A stretch of DNA of 63,746 nt, filler included, from Octopus bimaculoides (Eukaryota), in NCBI RefSeq assembly GCF_001194135.2. It is 8 parts of 8 records of this genome, joined end to end, with 100 filler letters (N's around TTAATTAATTAA, not from the genome) between each part and the next. Parts side by side here need not be neighbours in the genome. Positions count along the whole stretch, not along the records: positions 1 to 27,745 come from NC_068984.1; 7 more parts are not named here. One strand, written 5' to 3'. The notes beneath the pieces were generated by a model. The model was not told the DNA's origin, did no database searches, and saw nothing but the letters and a program-made list of their open reading frames with translations. Positions within the stretch are counted from its first letter, which is position 1. Every line of letters begins with the position of its first letter. A program made the translations under genes and the position numbers. This document shows positions 13,383 to 25,844 of this stretch, piece after piece.

Positions 13383-13509
13383 CAGGGTGTCCACAAAGTA
13401 TGGGTACATGAAGTAAATAAAATCATGACATAAAAAATTAAATATAAGAAATAATAATTTCTTAAAGTATGTGTTAATCCGCATGTACCCAAACTTTGTG
13501 GACACCCTG
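13383..13509. mobile_element. Tc1/mariner-type MITE, 127 bp
   Basis: 28-bp terminal inverted repeats CAGGGTGTCCACAAAGT(A/T)TGGGTACATG with one mismatch, flanked by TA on both sides (13381-82 and 13510-11). Confidence 0.92.
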
Positions 13510-13519
13510 TAGTTTGAAA

Positions 13520-13860
13520 AAAAATTAAGAAGAATACGAAACGAACAGGAAGATGCTGAAACAACAGTAGCAGAGATTGGTAATGAATGTGTAAGCGATG
13601 CGGAAAATGAAAAGTAAGGAAATTACTATGCGCCTGAAAGTGCTCATGAGGTAAATAGTGAAACTGATCTAGTTGGAGAAGTGATAATAAATGTTGCATA
13701 AGACTTGAAGAACGAAGAGAAGACAATTCTAGATATGTTGCGAGGTAAAATGCATGATGCGAACTTCGAAGTTTCACCAAATGTAAGGTATATGAACAGA
13801 AGAAAAGTAAGGAAAGCTTCGGTAAAAGTACATGCATTGCTGTAGTTGTCCCGATGTTAT
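13520..13860 (+). mobile_element. Possible R4-like element N-terminal remnant
   Basis: Acidic stretch followed by SPNVRYMNRRKVRKASVKVHALL, which resembles the ..L..V.RKKV......VN segment of R4-type ORFs. Stops are present. Confidence 0.35.
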
Positions 13861-16199
13861 AAGTTCTGAGTTTACTTTCCCTCCGAAGTCATCTTTGTCT
13901 TCAATCTGTCTGATTTCGGAAAAATTAAGTAGCAGACAAATATTGGGGGCAATATAATCGACTAACCCTCATTTTGAAATTACTTGCTTTATACCTATAT
14001 TAGACACGATTTTTATAATTCCGAAAGAGCCTGTTGAATGTCTATTGCACCCCCAAATTGCGTCTCCATGTTCCTGATGTATTTCTCTTTTTCATATATG
14101 TTAGTGCGGGATGATGATTGTGTAAATTCCGCACGGTTTACACTCTCCTTACTCTACACACTTGAGTTCACATTTTGGGTAATAATATTATAGATAGCAA
14201 ATAAATAGAATGAGTTGTAAGGTGCGACTCATTTGTACAGACTGTTGTACAGAATGTTGAATATTTCGGGAGGTTAAATCAAAACTTCAGCCACCCTGCC
14301 AGAAGGACGTTTTGTGTTTGTTAATGTGTGATTGTTGAACACAGTATGTGAAACGTGATTTGTGTGGGTTGTGTTATATCACTGTTATATATGATGATGT
14401 AGCGTATGTTCTGCGTGAATTATGCTATGGTTTTGACGGATGATTTTTTAAAGCATATTCTGTGTATGTTTTGCAGAATATATGTCGTTCAGTACGCTAT
14501 TGAACTGAGAATGCATCGAGTAATTTGGGGGCTATTCTAGCGACTGTGAAGAGAGCTATCAGATACGGTGTTCATTTTCAATTTTTATCTGTGGCCGTCT
14601 TCAACATGCGTAATGTAATGCTTAATATCTGCACTAATTTTTATTTCATAACTCATTTCGTTCTTACTAAAGTTTGAATCTCTTTGTACTTTTCTGAACG
14701 TTTTACTTCATTCCAAGCGATTTATTTTGGTCAGAGAAAATCGAGACCTGTAGCATAATACAGACACTCCTCTTCTTTATTTAGTACCCTAGACTGGCAT
14801 GATCCCTGTTATTGTGGCTAAAGGTTTATAATATTCTGTGTTTCGTGTGTACATATACCACTTAAACCATTTACACTTTGAAATGCCGGGTCAATGTTAT
14901 TATTATGTAAGTACAGGAATCGATTAACCCCGCCGCCAGGATTTCTGTCCATATAACTTTTTTAGAAATAACTATTACAGGTATCTTAAATTTAAAACAC
15001 TTTGTATTCCATGTAGATAAATCATAAATTGCTTTTGCACGTAGCAATATTTATATCATTCCTACATTAATAATACTATTATTTAGGTTCCATCCATTGA
15101 ATATTTTCATGTATATAGTCGTGACGTTTACTTTATAATGTTGTGGTCGATCCCATTTCGCAGTCGACCATATTCATCGTTTAACTTTTCGGAGTGAAAT
15201 TGAATAAACGGAGCTATGAGAATGACCACATATTTATTGACCAGATACTTAAATCGTCACCGATTATCACATCACCATTTGTTAGTTGGGCGGATTTAAT
15301 GGACTCTAGCCTGTCACAAGCTTTCAGGCACAGTGTCTGGTGTAAGGACACACCAATATCTTGATTCACGGTTTTCTTCGACAGCTAATCACAAGTTATG
15401 TTTTCTTTATCAATTTCTTCCACCAGTCTCCTCTGAGAATAACAAACTGTCATAGGCACCGTTATGTCGCCTCAAACTCCGCTATTAAAATTTGTGCTTG
15501 ATTTAATATATATCTCGCAGATATTATTTCAGTAATCATATATATTTATATATTAGTTCGGGAATTACAGTTTTTATTACCTCGCTCTAATTATCTCAAC
15601 ATCCACTGCTTCTCTACGCGTATCTCATACGAAATTGCGTTAAGAAAATGTCTGATTGCAGAGATCTTGAATCTGAATGGAATGGCACACGTCCCTTCGG
15701 ATAAAGGTTTCGCTCACAGATTATTAGATTTGGATATGCTATGATTTTACCTCTAAATCTCATTTAATCAAATGAAATTTACAATAAAAATGTGAAGCTT
15801 TTATTTGTTTTAATATTGTGCTCGACGTTTTTTAACCGAACATCAACAGCTGTATTCTAATTACATAAACAGACATATCTATAGAAATAGATGTATTCAT
15901 ACACACATATACTCATAAAATCAAAGCCACATATTCAGGCGTACACATATAGTTATATAGACAGACAGATAAATAAATAGAGAGAGTGAGAGAGGGTGGG
16001 AGAGAAAGATATATGTATAAATGCATATATACATACATTCATACATGCATAAATATACACCATATACACAAAATATATGTATAAAAATACATCTATCTAC
16101 CTTCCTTTTTTCTTTTTCTCTTTCTATCTATTTCTCGATATATGTATGTATGTATATATATATATATATATATACATATATATATACGTGTGCACACAC

Positions 16200-16251
<52 letters not shown>

Positions 16252-18379
16252 GATTGCATGTACATATCAGGTCATTGGAAGCTTTTTGATTTCAGCAGGA
16301 GCAACAGGTGTGAAACCTTAAACAGTCGAATGACTCATACGCTGTGCTGGGCGATGAAAATCAGGTAGACTGAGCACCATACTGTTCTTGTTTATATGCT
16401 CCATATAAGAACATCAAATCGCCTGCCTATAATGTTTTCTGTGGTATGTTAGCTAACTGAAATGAATTGTTACTTCTTTATATTTGGTTGGCAAGCAAAC
16501 AGGCGAGAACGGCTTTGGTTTGCTATCAGGAACAATTAAGTTGATAACTTAATAATTTTTCATCCATTGCATTTGGCTTTATCATTAAAATTCGATTACT
16601 GCTTATCCATGGGCGTCATGTGACATTCTTCAGATGGCACCAGCTCTTCGCACAAAAGGATAAGATATTTTTCTTAACAAAAAAAAAAGGAATAGAGATG
16701 ATATTATAACAGCAAATTTAATTAATGACTTTAAAACAAGGGCCGTAGTCAAGACAGCAACGCTTCGGGAGAAGTAAAATGAATAGTTGTGATGTTTCCG
16801 TGTTGCAACTACGTGCCGAGTTGGGTCTCTTCATAGGCAAGGAAACGTTTCATCAGAATTTCAAATATAAAATTATTTAGAGCCACACCTGGTCGAAACA
16901 GATTCAAGTTATTAACAATCTTCATACTACGTGAATATGGCATTTGTAATATCTGTAATGATGTGACTGTTTTGGACGTTTCACTACTTAATACCAGCAG
17001 AGCAGAAGGCGGTTGTTAGGAAAGAGTTTATAATAAATAACAGTCCTGTGATGCCTGAATGATGACAATCTTCAAGAATCTAAAATATCTGCACTTCTTG
17101 AAAGTCTAGCAAATATGTCACATCAAATTGAATGTCCACATTTAAACAAAAGGTGTGTGGCACTGCTCTCAAAATTTTGTGTTTCATCAGGCAAATGTAA
17201 AGATTTGTTTGACTATATCTTGGCCTCAAGATATGAATCATAATTTGCGCTAGAAAGTATTGAATTTTAATTTACCATGAAAGCAACGTTTGAAGACAGA
17301 GGAATTATTGAAGAGACAGTTTTACAAAGAAAACTAAAGGCAACGAGACACATACTTTGATTAATTTGTGACAAAAGAAGGCTCGAAAATAACGTACGAT
17401 ATGTTGAAGCAGAAATTTCTCCCTTGCCAATAAACAGTTGCCCTTCTAGGCACACAAAAATACAGAAGAAAAATTTTATACACACTTACCATAAACGTAA
17501 AAAGATATTCAAACTACACATATTCCTCAATCATTAATATGATCGTGCATGAAATGCAATAGATCTCTTCCAATGAAAGAAACAACTTAGTAAAAAGCAA
17601 ACATCCTTAAAATAAATGGTTCCGTGGGGTTCCAATTCAATAAGCGATACTGAATTTATATTAGAGCGATGAAAAGAGTAATTTACATATATTTTTCATA
17701 ATTTGTACACAATCATTGAATGTGATATAAAAGATCTGCTGCGGCACGGTGTTATTAAAGAAATTAACAATAATTCTAAAGAAGAAAAAAATGCATTTGA
17801 GCAGACAATCATTGGAAAATCTGCAGCCACTGGTAGCATACTGACTGAGAAGCACTGTGGATGCCTAAAGGCTGATTTTATTGCTACAATAATACTTAAA
17901 ATATGAATGGTTTATAGCAGCCCCACGACACAGGGAGATTGTAAAACTGATTTCACTGTACAAGGTGCCAAATCTCTCTTGCGTTGCCTACAGATATCCA
18001 TATTCTACAACATTTTTCTAATGTCTGAATATGCATGTAGGTCTGGTAAAGCGACAAGATATATGATAATTAACATCAGACAGTCATAGAAATGTATAAA
18101 GGTGAGATTCACCTTCCACCAAAATTTTTGTCAAGTAACATACATTCGATAAAAGAATATTTAGAACATTGGTGTTCCCATCAAATATTGTTGGTATAAA
18201 TTTCCTTCAAAATACACATAAAAGTCTACTCCGTCTCAAACCGTTCCGTGGGGAAACGTATTTCAGTGAACAACATTGTTAAATTAAGCGATACACCAGC
18301 ACCTATTATCCAGACTCTCTCATAGGAACATTTGCCCCCTATTGCACAGCAGGTAAACAATTCAATCTGAAAATTTTAG

Positions 18380-18700
18380 AAGCTAAATCAAAGACCTTCA
18401 TAAGTGTTGTTTGTGATTTGTCTCCTCTTGAACTTTGTTATTCTATGGCATACTTGGAACAAAATATTCAAAAGCTAATAAACATCTCCAGTGACTCCAC
18501 TAATTATGGATTAAAACTCTAAAGAAAACTGCTCTAGGAGAAAAGAATGTGGAAGCAAATGTACATGATCAAGAGACCAGTATAGGTGTAGTAGATTCTT
18601 TTATGTATCTTGGCCGTTCTTTCCCCAGGGATGGATAGCCAGATTCAAATATCGATTCTATATCGACGACGAATCTAATTACATACAGGTTAACAGCAGT
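18380..18700 (+). mobile_element. RTE-clade LINE, heavily decayed RT fragment (possibly extends back to about 17100)
   Basis: Translation ..AYLEQNIQKLINISSDSTNYGLKL.(KKT)...VVDSFMYLGRSFPRDG*PDSNI matches the RTE pattern LQ.L...A...GL.IS.KKT...V..F.YLGS.LS.DG..D.EI. Confidence 0.55.
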
Positions 18701-20539
18701 TCTCTGTATAGACATAATTATATTTATTGCAAAACATCCTTGACTAACAAATGATATTTTTCATCAAGACTTTCTTTACATGAAAATCTCGTATTCATGA
18801 GATCCAAACAAACTACAAAATGAAACAAATGATAGTGCACTCATATATAATTATGGGTACGCACACACCTGCGCGTGTACAGATATGGAAAAATTGCTGG
18901 CAAACACGTGTATTATATAGCAATATACAGAAACATACAGACGCAAATTAACACACATATAGATAATCATATACATTGAGTCATGAAAATAAGTTATCTG
19001 GGGAGTAGCATGTTTTACGTCGCAATATGATTTAACACATCTGTAGCTATAAGAAGAAAAGATATGTGCATATTTACCTCTCGACTAATGCAATGCAATA
19101 TCATTTTTCATTAAATATCTGGAACCTCTTGCGTGTTTCCAGAGAATTTATCGGAACGTTTAAAGAACCAACAAATCTAAAGAACATTACATGATATTAG
19201 GGATACCAAATTAACTTTTTGAAACCTAATTACTCTGAATATTACAAGTTAATTAAAATAGATTACATTTTCTAGAGTGTGATTATGATCTATTACACCT
19301 GAAAACCTCGCAGTCCAAGGTACGCGTAATACAAAAACAGTGATCAGTGATTAATAAAATTTGCTTTGTAATGGTCGGTTATATTAAACGTATGTATGTT
19401 CAGGAGTAAATACGAATATATATATATCACTAATATATGAATTTTAAGAAAGCCATATAATAGTGCTTATTTTTTTCATTTTATCTATTATATCTGGGAT
19501 ATCCATGTATAAAGGCAGAAAAGTAAAAATAGCTGGGGAAAAATAATGAATAGCTGAACGTTAGATATTTCTCTTTTCATCGCTCCCTCTTTCTTTTTAT
19601 TTTCATCATTTCTAACTTTCTTTCTCTCAACACTAGCTGTTCCTCATAAAAATATTTCTGAGTCTCTTCTAAGGTCTGTCATCAAAAGTCATTAAAAAAA
19701 AAAAAAAAAAAAAACTGTAATAAAGTAATGCTCTTTTAGGTTGCTCTTCGTTTTGATTCCCATGCATTCTGTCCCTCGAACACGTCAAGTCCAACTTTTC
19801 TTGAAATCATATTTGTAGAATATATTTTTAACTCATAACAAAACCTCAGCACCATACAGTGAAAATTTCATTTGACATGAACGTCTGTGTTGCTTTTGAT
19901 CACTTCTTTTATCTTGAAATTTACAAAACTTTTGTCCTACCTGACATATCAGAAAGAAAAGACAACACATGCTAACATTTAAAAAAAATGTATTTTACAT
20001 GTAAAAACAAAATTTTTAAAAATAAAAACTTTCCATTATTAATGCCCAGAAACAATATGTTCCACTTAAGTCTCCTGATCACNNNNNNNNNNNNNNNNNN
20101 NNNNNNNNNNNNNNNNNNNNNNNNNNNNNNNNNNNNNNNNNNNNNNNNNNNNNNNNNNNNNNNNNNNNNNNNNNNNNNNNNNNNNNNNNNNNNNAAACAA
20201 AAAATATAATGTGAGCGCTTCAGAAACAAATGAACAATGACCGAAGACTGCAAATAATGGTGCCAGGAATGCAGCTTGCAGAAAATTTGAGACGGATAGA
20301 GAACACCAAACTGGCCGTAAATAGAATGTTACCAGATAAACAAACGGAGAGCCTGATGCGCGATCGGGTGACCTTCAACAGGATTTCGTTGCATAGGCTG
20401 CATGTATTCATCAAATAAGGAAACCGGAAGTGCAAGACCAGGTAGAGGTCTCAAATAGAGGAAAGGGTATTTCCTAGCAATTGCGTCGTATTTATGTGTG
20501 TGAGTGTGTGTGTGAGTGTGTGTGTGTGTGTGTAATTGG

Positions 20540-20690
20540 GTTTGTGTTTGCGTTTTTGCTCCATCGCCGACTGACATTCGGTGTTGGTGTGTTTACGTCC
20601 CCTTAATTTCATGGCTTGGCAATAGAGACCGATAGAAAAAATACTGCCGCAGTCTAATTACTGAAAGGAGTAAAAGTAAAAGAAAGCGAT
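20540..20690 (+). mobile_element. SINE family A, 3' fragment
   Basis: gttggtgtgtttacgtcccc...agagaccgatagaa...gtaaaag, shared with the fuller copies. Confidence 0.7.
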
Positions 20691-21604
20691 ATGAAACTGG
20701 ATATATTTTCATTAAGACCTCTAGGTCATTTAAAGTCATAGCTTACACTGAACAACAACAACGGGGATCTTATTAGTGATTGTGTGCAAGAACGAGTAGT
20801 TTTTTTAAATGTATATGCGTGTTTGTAATTCGAAAGTAAACTGTTGACTTCCCAATGTATCAAAAGCATCTTTCTTAAGGATATGCGTTATTTAATTCTT
20901 ACTATCCCAGAAAGACGCAATGCACACAGATTACTATTTTGCCATACATTTTATTTGCTTTATCTCCACCTCACATTTTCCCCTCGACTAGACTTTTTCG
21001 ATGTCTTACCTGCATACATATCCACAAACTTATATGTGTATGTATGTATGTATGTATGTATGTATCAATATCTATCAGTGTGTCTGTCTGACTGTCTATA
21101 TATATGTATTTATGTATGCGTGCATATATGCATGTCTGCGTGTAACCGTGTGTGTGTATACGTATACTTGGTGCAATGAGTTTTTACAGCTGGTTATTTT
21201 ACTATCATCATAGTTTTTAAACAAGAAGGGAGTTAATATTCTTTTTTAGCGATAAGTGATTTTTTCCTATTAAGATAAAACTATGTTTTATAGATTTCTT
21301 TGTATTTTAATTAGATTACCATTCTGAATAAATTGGAAACTAAAATTGTTATACTTCATCAAATCTTGATTATAACTAAATGCTATTCAGTTGAATATAA
21401 GTAAATATGTATGTACGTTGGCACGTCGATGTCTTAACGAAAGTCTGTATTTCGTCTGCCTAGAAATATATAAAAAATGACATCATCATGATTGTATATA
21501 TTCATGTATGTATGTATTTATGTATGTATGTATGTATGTATGTATGTATGTATGTATGTATGTATGCATGTATGTATATATGTACGTATGTATGCATGCA
21601 TGCA

Positions 21605-21730
21605 CTTATATTAAGGTGCGTGGACTAGCGGTTAGGGTGATTCACTCACGGTCGCGTAGTCATGTTTTCGCTTCCAGGACCGGGCGATGCTTTATTTTCT
21701 TGAGCAAAACACTCCAACTTATGTTGCACG
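21605..21730 (+). mobile_element. SINE family D head fragment
   Basis: tRNA-like head followed by ttcttgagcaaaacactccaactt, similar to 9640-9745 and the 46300-46750 copies. Confidence 0.55.
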
Positions 21731-21732
21731 GT

Positions 21733-21985
21733 GGAGGCGCAATGGCCCAGTGATTAGGACAGTGGACTCGCGGTCATAGGATCGTGATTTCGATTCCCAG
21801 CCGGGCGTTGTGAGTGTTTATTGAGCGAAAACCACCTAAAAACTACACGAGGCTCCGGCAGGGCATGGTGGTGAACCCTGTTGTACTCTTTCTCTCGCTC
21901 TTTCTTCCTGTTTCTGTTGTACCTGTATTTCAAAGGGTCATCCTTGTCACACTGCGTGACGTTGAATCTCCTCGAGAACTGTCCT
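21733..21985 (+). mobile_element. SINE family C copy (tRNA-derived head)
   Basis: ggaggcgcaaTGGCCCAGTGAttagg (A-box-like) ... tttcgattcccag (B-box-like) ... gtgtttattgagcgaaaac. Near-identical inverted copies at 25631-25784 and 27846-28119. Confidence 0.88.
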
Positions 21986-22138
21986 CTTGTTGTCCATTCA
22001 TTTTATTCATTTATTTGAATTGCTTATATATAAGTGTGTGCGTTTGTGATTGTATGTGTGTGTGCGCGTGCGTGTGTGTATGTATGTATAATTAAAGATA
22101 TATATATATATGTGTGTGTGTATGTATGTGTGTGTGTG

Positions 22139-22169
<31 letters not shown>

Positions 22170-22516
22170 GGGATATTTTGGTATCTAGAAGATGGAAAAG
22201 GCAGTTAAGACTATGTAGGTGCTACGGAAGGACCGCTGTTAACCTCCCTGTTTATTAATGGTATGAGTGAAGAGTCTAATGCAGGTCCTGTGTGTCCCTG
22301 GATATGTTAAATAAAATGAGACAACAAAGCCAAGGCCGTGTGACATTTCTAGGACATTTATAGAAAGAATACTAGTCTTACAGCTGTTTCAATGATATCA
22401 AAGTTATTCTATCATCTGAGTCGATATAAGAGAATTAAATACAAGGAAATAGTATAATATTTCCCTCCCTTTGTTGTCTCAGATTGTTTAACACACACAC
22501 ATATGAGTATACATAC

Positions 22517-22552
<36 letters not shown>

Positions 22553-23499
22553 GATTAATAAATTCAATAATAGGATAAAAATCTTTTACAAGAATTTTAT
22601 CAGGAAGCTAGTGTATATATATATACACACAAACACATACAGTTGGACTTACTATTTGCTACTGCTGGGGTTTCGAGCTCTACGCAGATTACCTATTTTA
22701 AATTTACTTCTATTATAGTAGTTTGGTTACAATTATAGGTTGTAATATTTCTGCTTATTATATACAGAGAAAATGTTGGACAAATTATTATAAAACAATT
22801 TCATACCTTTTTCCCCAAGTTTTCTCGGTGTTCTTGCTTAGAACACCCGTACTGGATGTTCCAAAGGCAACAGGATTCATAACCGAAACGGATCATGAAG
22901 AGAACAGCTTATTGCATTATGTTACAGATATCAAAGGACTAAATTACATCTGATCAGTGTAGCATAATTTAATGACATGACTCCCTGATGACCCTTAAAT
23001 ATTACGCATCTAATTGCACTTGGAACATCCAGCGCAGATGTTGTACCAACAATGACGGGAAAACTTTCATAGGAAGCAAATTATATAAACTGATGTTTGT
23101 CATAAGTTCTCCAACATAAATTTATTTACAGAATGTCAGGATGGCCGAATAGTTACGATATTCTTTTTTGTCCATGCGCAAGAAAGAAGACTGCATAGCA
23201 TTTTTTTTTTTTTGCTTTAAATTATCGTCGCATGAACTAATGTAATTTCTAGTCAGAGATTATTGAATAATATATAATACATACATACATACATACATAC
23301 ATACAAACATGCATACATAAGTATAAGTGAAATTATATAAGGAAAACGTCTAGGCAATCAATACAAATTCTAAAGCATAATCTAAAGCACACAGTGAAAT
23401 AAATATACATATAAATTTATATAAATAAATGAATAAAATTACGTGTAAAAGTTAAATGTAAAAACAATGCATTATATACGTTTGGTACAGGTACCGAAT

Positions 23500-24480
23500 A
23501 AAGAAGTGACAAATACAAAGACAAAAATCCAAGATAAAGGCTTCCAAAAGGAACTGCTCCAATCGATTAAGAATGTGATGTTTATATGAATTGTCGGATG
23601 AGAGTTCAAAATTTTAAAATTCAGGGGTAAATAAATTTAGTAAAAATCATTAGATGAGATAAATATACATATTCGAGTAAAGGATATCATCTACGGCCGT
23701 TTCACGGATAAATTAACTGTATAAATGGCATTTTAAGTATTCCATATACAAAAACATAATGCCCCACTTATCAGGATGGTTTCCTTCGTGATGAAATCCT
23801 ACATAATAATAATTTGAGAGATTAAAAAAGGAGAACTCTTTAATTTTTTAATAAATGTTCAAAGCTCATATGCAAATGATAATATACTCTCAAGAATGGG
23901 AGGATCTAAAGTTCATGGTCAAGAATTTAAATATTAATAATATAAGTTTTAATAGGTTTAGTTACCCAATCTAATTCTATATGTCCTTAGAAATGTTGAA
24001 TAGAACTTATGGGTATGTTTTGTATTATTATTATTAAGTGTAGAGAGCTCATACTGACTACAATGGAAGAATCTAAGATTCACGGTAAAGACAGTCAAAT
24101 ATTAATTAGGTAAGTTTTAATAGATTTAGTTAGCAGGTCTAATTTTGTGTGTCCTTAGAAATGTTGAATAGAACTTATTTGCACATGAAGGAATCACAAG
24201 TGAAAATTTGTTCAGCATATTATCATTAAATAATTTTAGAATTAGATACGATTCCGGAATACATATTCCACATCTATCCCATCCATTACTAAACGGGGAA
24301 TCGCTGGCAGTTATGAACCATGATAGTTCATGCGTTAAATTTCTATCTCTACGTTTATTCACAAAGACCAATGAAGTGGTGGATGTCTTGCATGTAGGGT
24401 TTGTGAAAGAATTCATGTGGGATCAGTATCTCTTTTTGAAGTCGGTCGTAATCCCAATATATACCTTCTTCTAGCCATTA
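23500..24480 (-). mobile_element. Penelope-like element 3' end (GIY-YIG endonuclease) with pLTR-like duplication
   Basis: ORF 24126-24416(-) ..STTSL.FV...RDRNL..ELSW.I....PFSNG.DRCGICI.E.YLIL.....LNK.S..I.SC.NKF matches the PLE GIY-YIG C-terminus, preceded by RRYILG. A roughly 110 bp direct repeat lies at about 23900-24010 and 24070-24180. Confidence 0.8.
23682..23780 (-). ncRNA. Decayed type-I hammerhead-like motif in the PLE terminal region
   Basis: accatc-CTGATAA-gtggg..(64-nt stem II region)..tccgt-GAAAC-GGCC-GTA-gatgat. G8 of the core is mutated to A. Confidence 0.45.
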
Positions 24481-25630
24481 GATACAGTAACCACATATTT
24501 ATAGACAAAGTTGTAGCAGCAATATGAGCCTACAAGTAGACAGGGGCCAGGGACCCTACAATTACATAGTTTATTGGATGTTACGTTAGTCTGAGTTTTC
24601 TTTTTTTTTATTCATATTCTTATCCGTATGATCATTATTACTAATATTCATATTAATGCTCCTATTTTTCGTCACTAATTATAATTAGACTTAGGTTTGC
24701 TAACTGATTTTAAAATTATATACACTTTATTCTGTTTCCATCCAATCCAGTACACAAGGTATTGTTATTAGCTAAAGAATTATTCTTAGTATGCTTAGCA
24801 TTTCGCATCCAGTTCTTCTTTGAGATCTATTATTCTTGCTGCTTTGGTCTTGAACGGGAGGTCATCAGTCTTGAATGGGAGGTCACCAGTCCTTCCTGGG
24901 GAGCTCAGCCACGGTACGAAGTAAATTGTTGCCTTCAGTTTACAAAATTGTGTTAATGTATTAATATTTGCTGCTGTTGTTTAGCAAGTGTGGTCTGAGA
25001 AAGAATATATGACATTCAAAGGCTGTCTGTACTGATCACGAGCCTCTACTTCCTGTATCTTTCCATATCACTATTCATGTGAAGATTCCCAGTTGACGCA
25101 TGTGTGTTTGTATGTGTTTGCTGTATGTATATAAAAGCGCCATGTGTGCTTAATCAACGGTAAAGAATGCGTGTTCTTTAATCGCATTATACTTGCAAAA
25201 TATTGCAACAGCAGGCACCTGCAACCTCTTCGTGTTCATAGGCATTAATTTTATATCTACCAGTTTGTCCTTAGATATAACTTATTAAGACACTCTGCAC
25301 TTATTATTTCTCAGTTCATGGGATTTGAATTTTTTATAGATTCGAATTTGTTCAAATTCCGTTCTTTGAGTTCATATATATAGACAAACGTATAAATATC
25401 CATCTATCTATCTTTTGATCTATCAATCTATTTATCNNNNNNNNNNNNNNNNNNNNNNNNNNNNNNNNNNNNNNNNNNNNNNNNNNNNNNNNNNNNNNNN
25501 NNNNNNNNNNNNNNNNNNNNNNNNNNNNNNNNNNNNNNNNNNNNNNNNNNNNNNNNNNNNNNNNNNNNNNNNNNNNNNNNNNNNNNNNNNNNNNNNNNNN
25601 NNNNNNNNNNNNNNNNNNNNNNNNNNNNNN

Positions 25631-25783
25631 GAAAGAATGAGTGAAAGTTTTGGTGAAAGAGTACAGCAGGTGGAGCTTTAGGTGTTTTCTCTCAATAAAC
25701 ACTCACAACACCCGGTCTGGGAATCGAAACCGCGATCCTACGACCGCGAGTCCGTTGCCCTAACCACTGGACCATTGCACTTC

Positions 25784-25784
<1 letters not shown>
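25631..25784 (-). mobile_element. SINE family C copy (truncated by gap)
   Basis: Reverse complement of the 21733 element head and body. Confidence 0.85.
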
Positions 25785-25814
<30 letters not shown>

Positions 25815-25844
25815 AGATATATATAAAAAAAATATATATATATA

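Noticed and set aside
11590-19960. Other AG/GT-bounded segments (12340 minus, 14477 plus, 15435 minus, 16271 plus, 19941 minus)
   Set aside because: Short open frames with no recognisable homology and no consistent phase chain; expected by chance in 60 kb.
21733-21810. tRNA-like sequences with A and B boxes (also 25710-25784, 28045-28119, 58605-58680)
   Set aside because: No complete cloverleaf, and each continues into a shared SINE body, so they are SINE heads and not tRNA genes.
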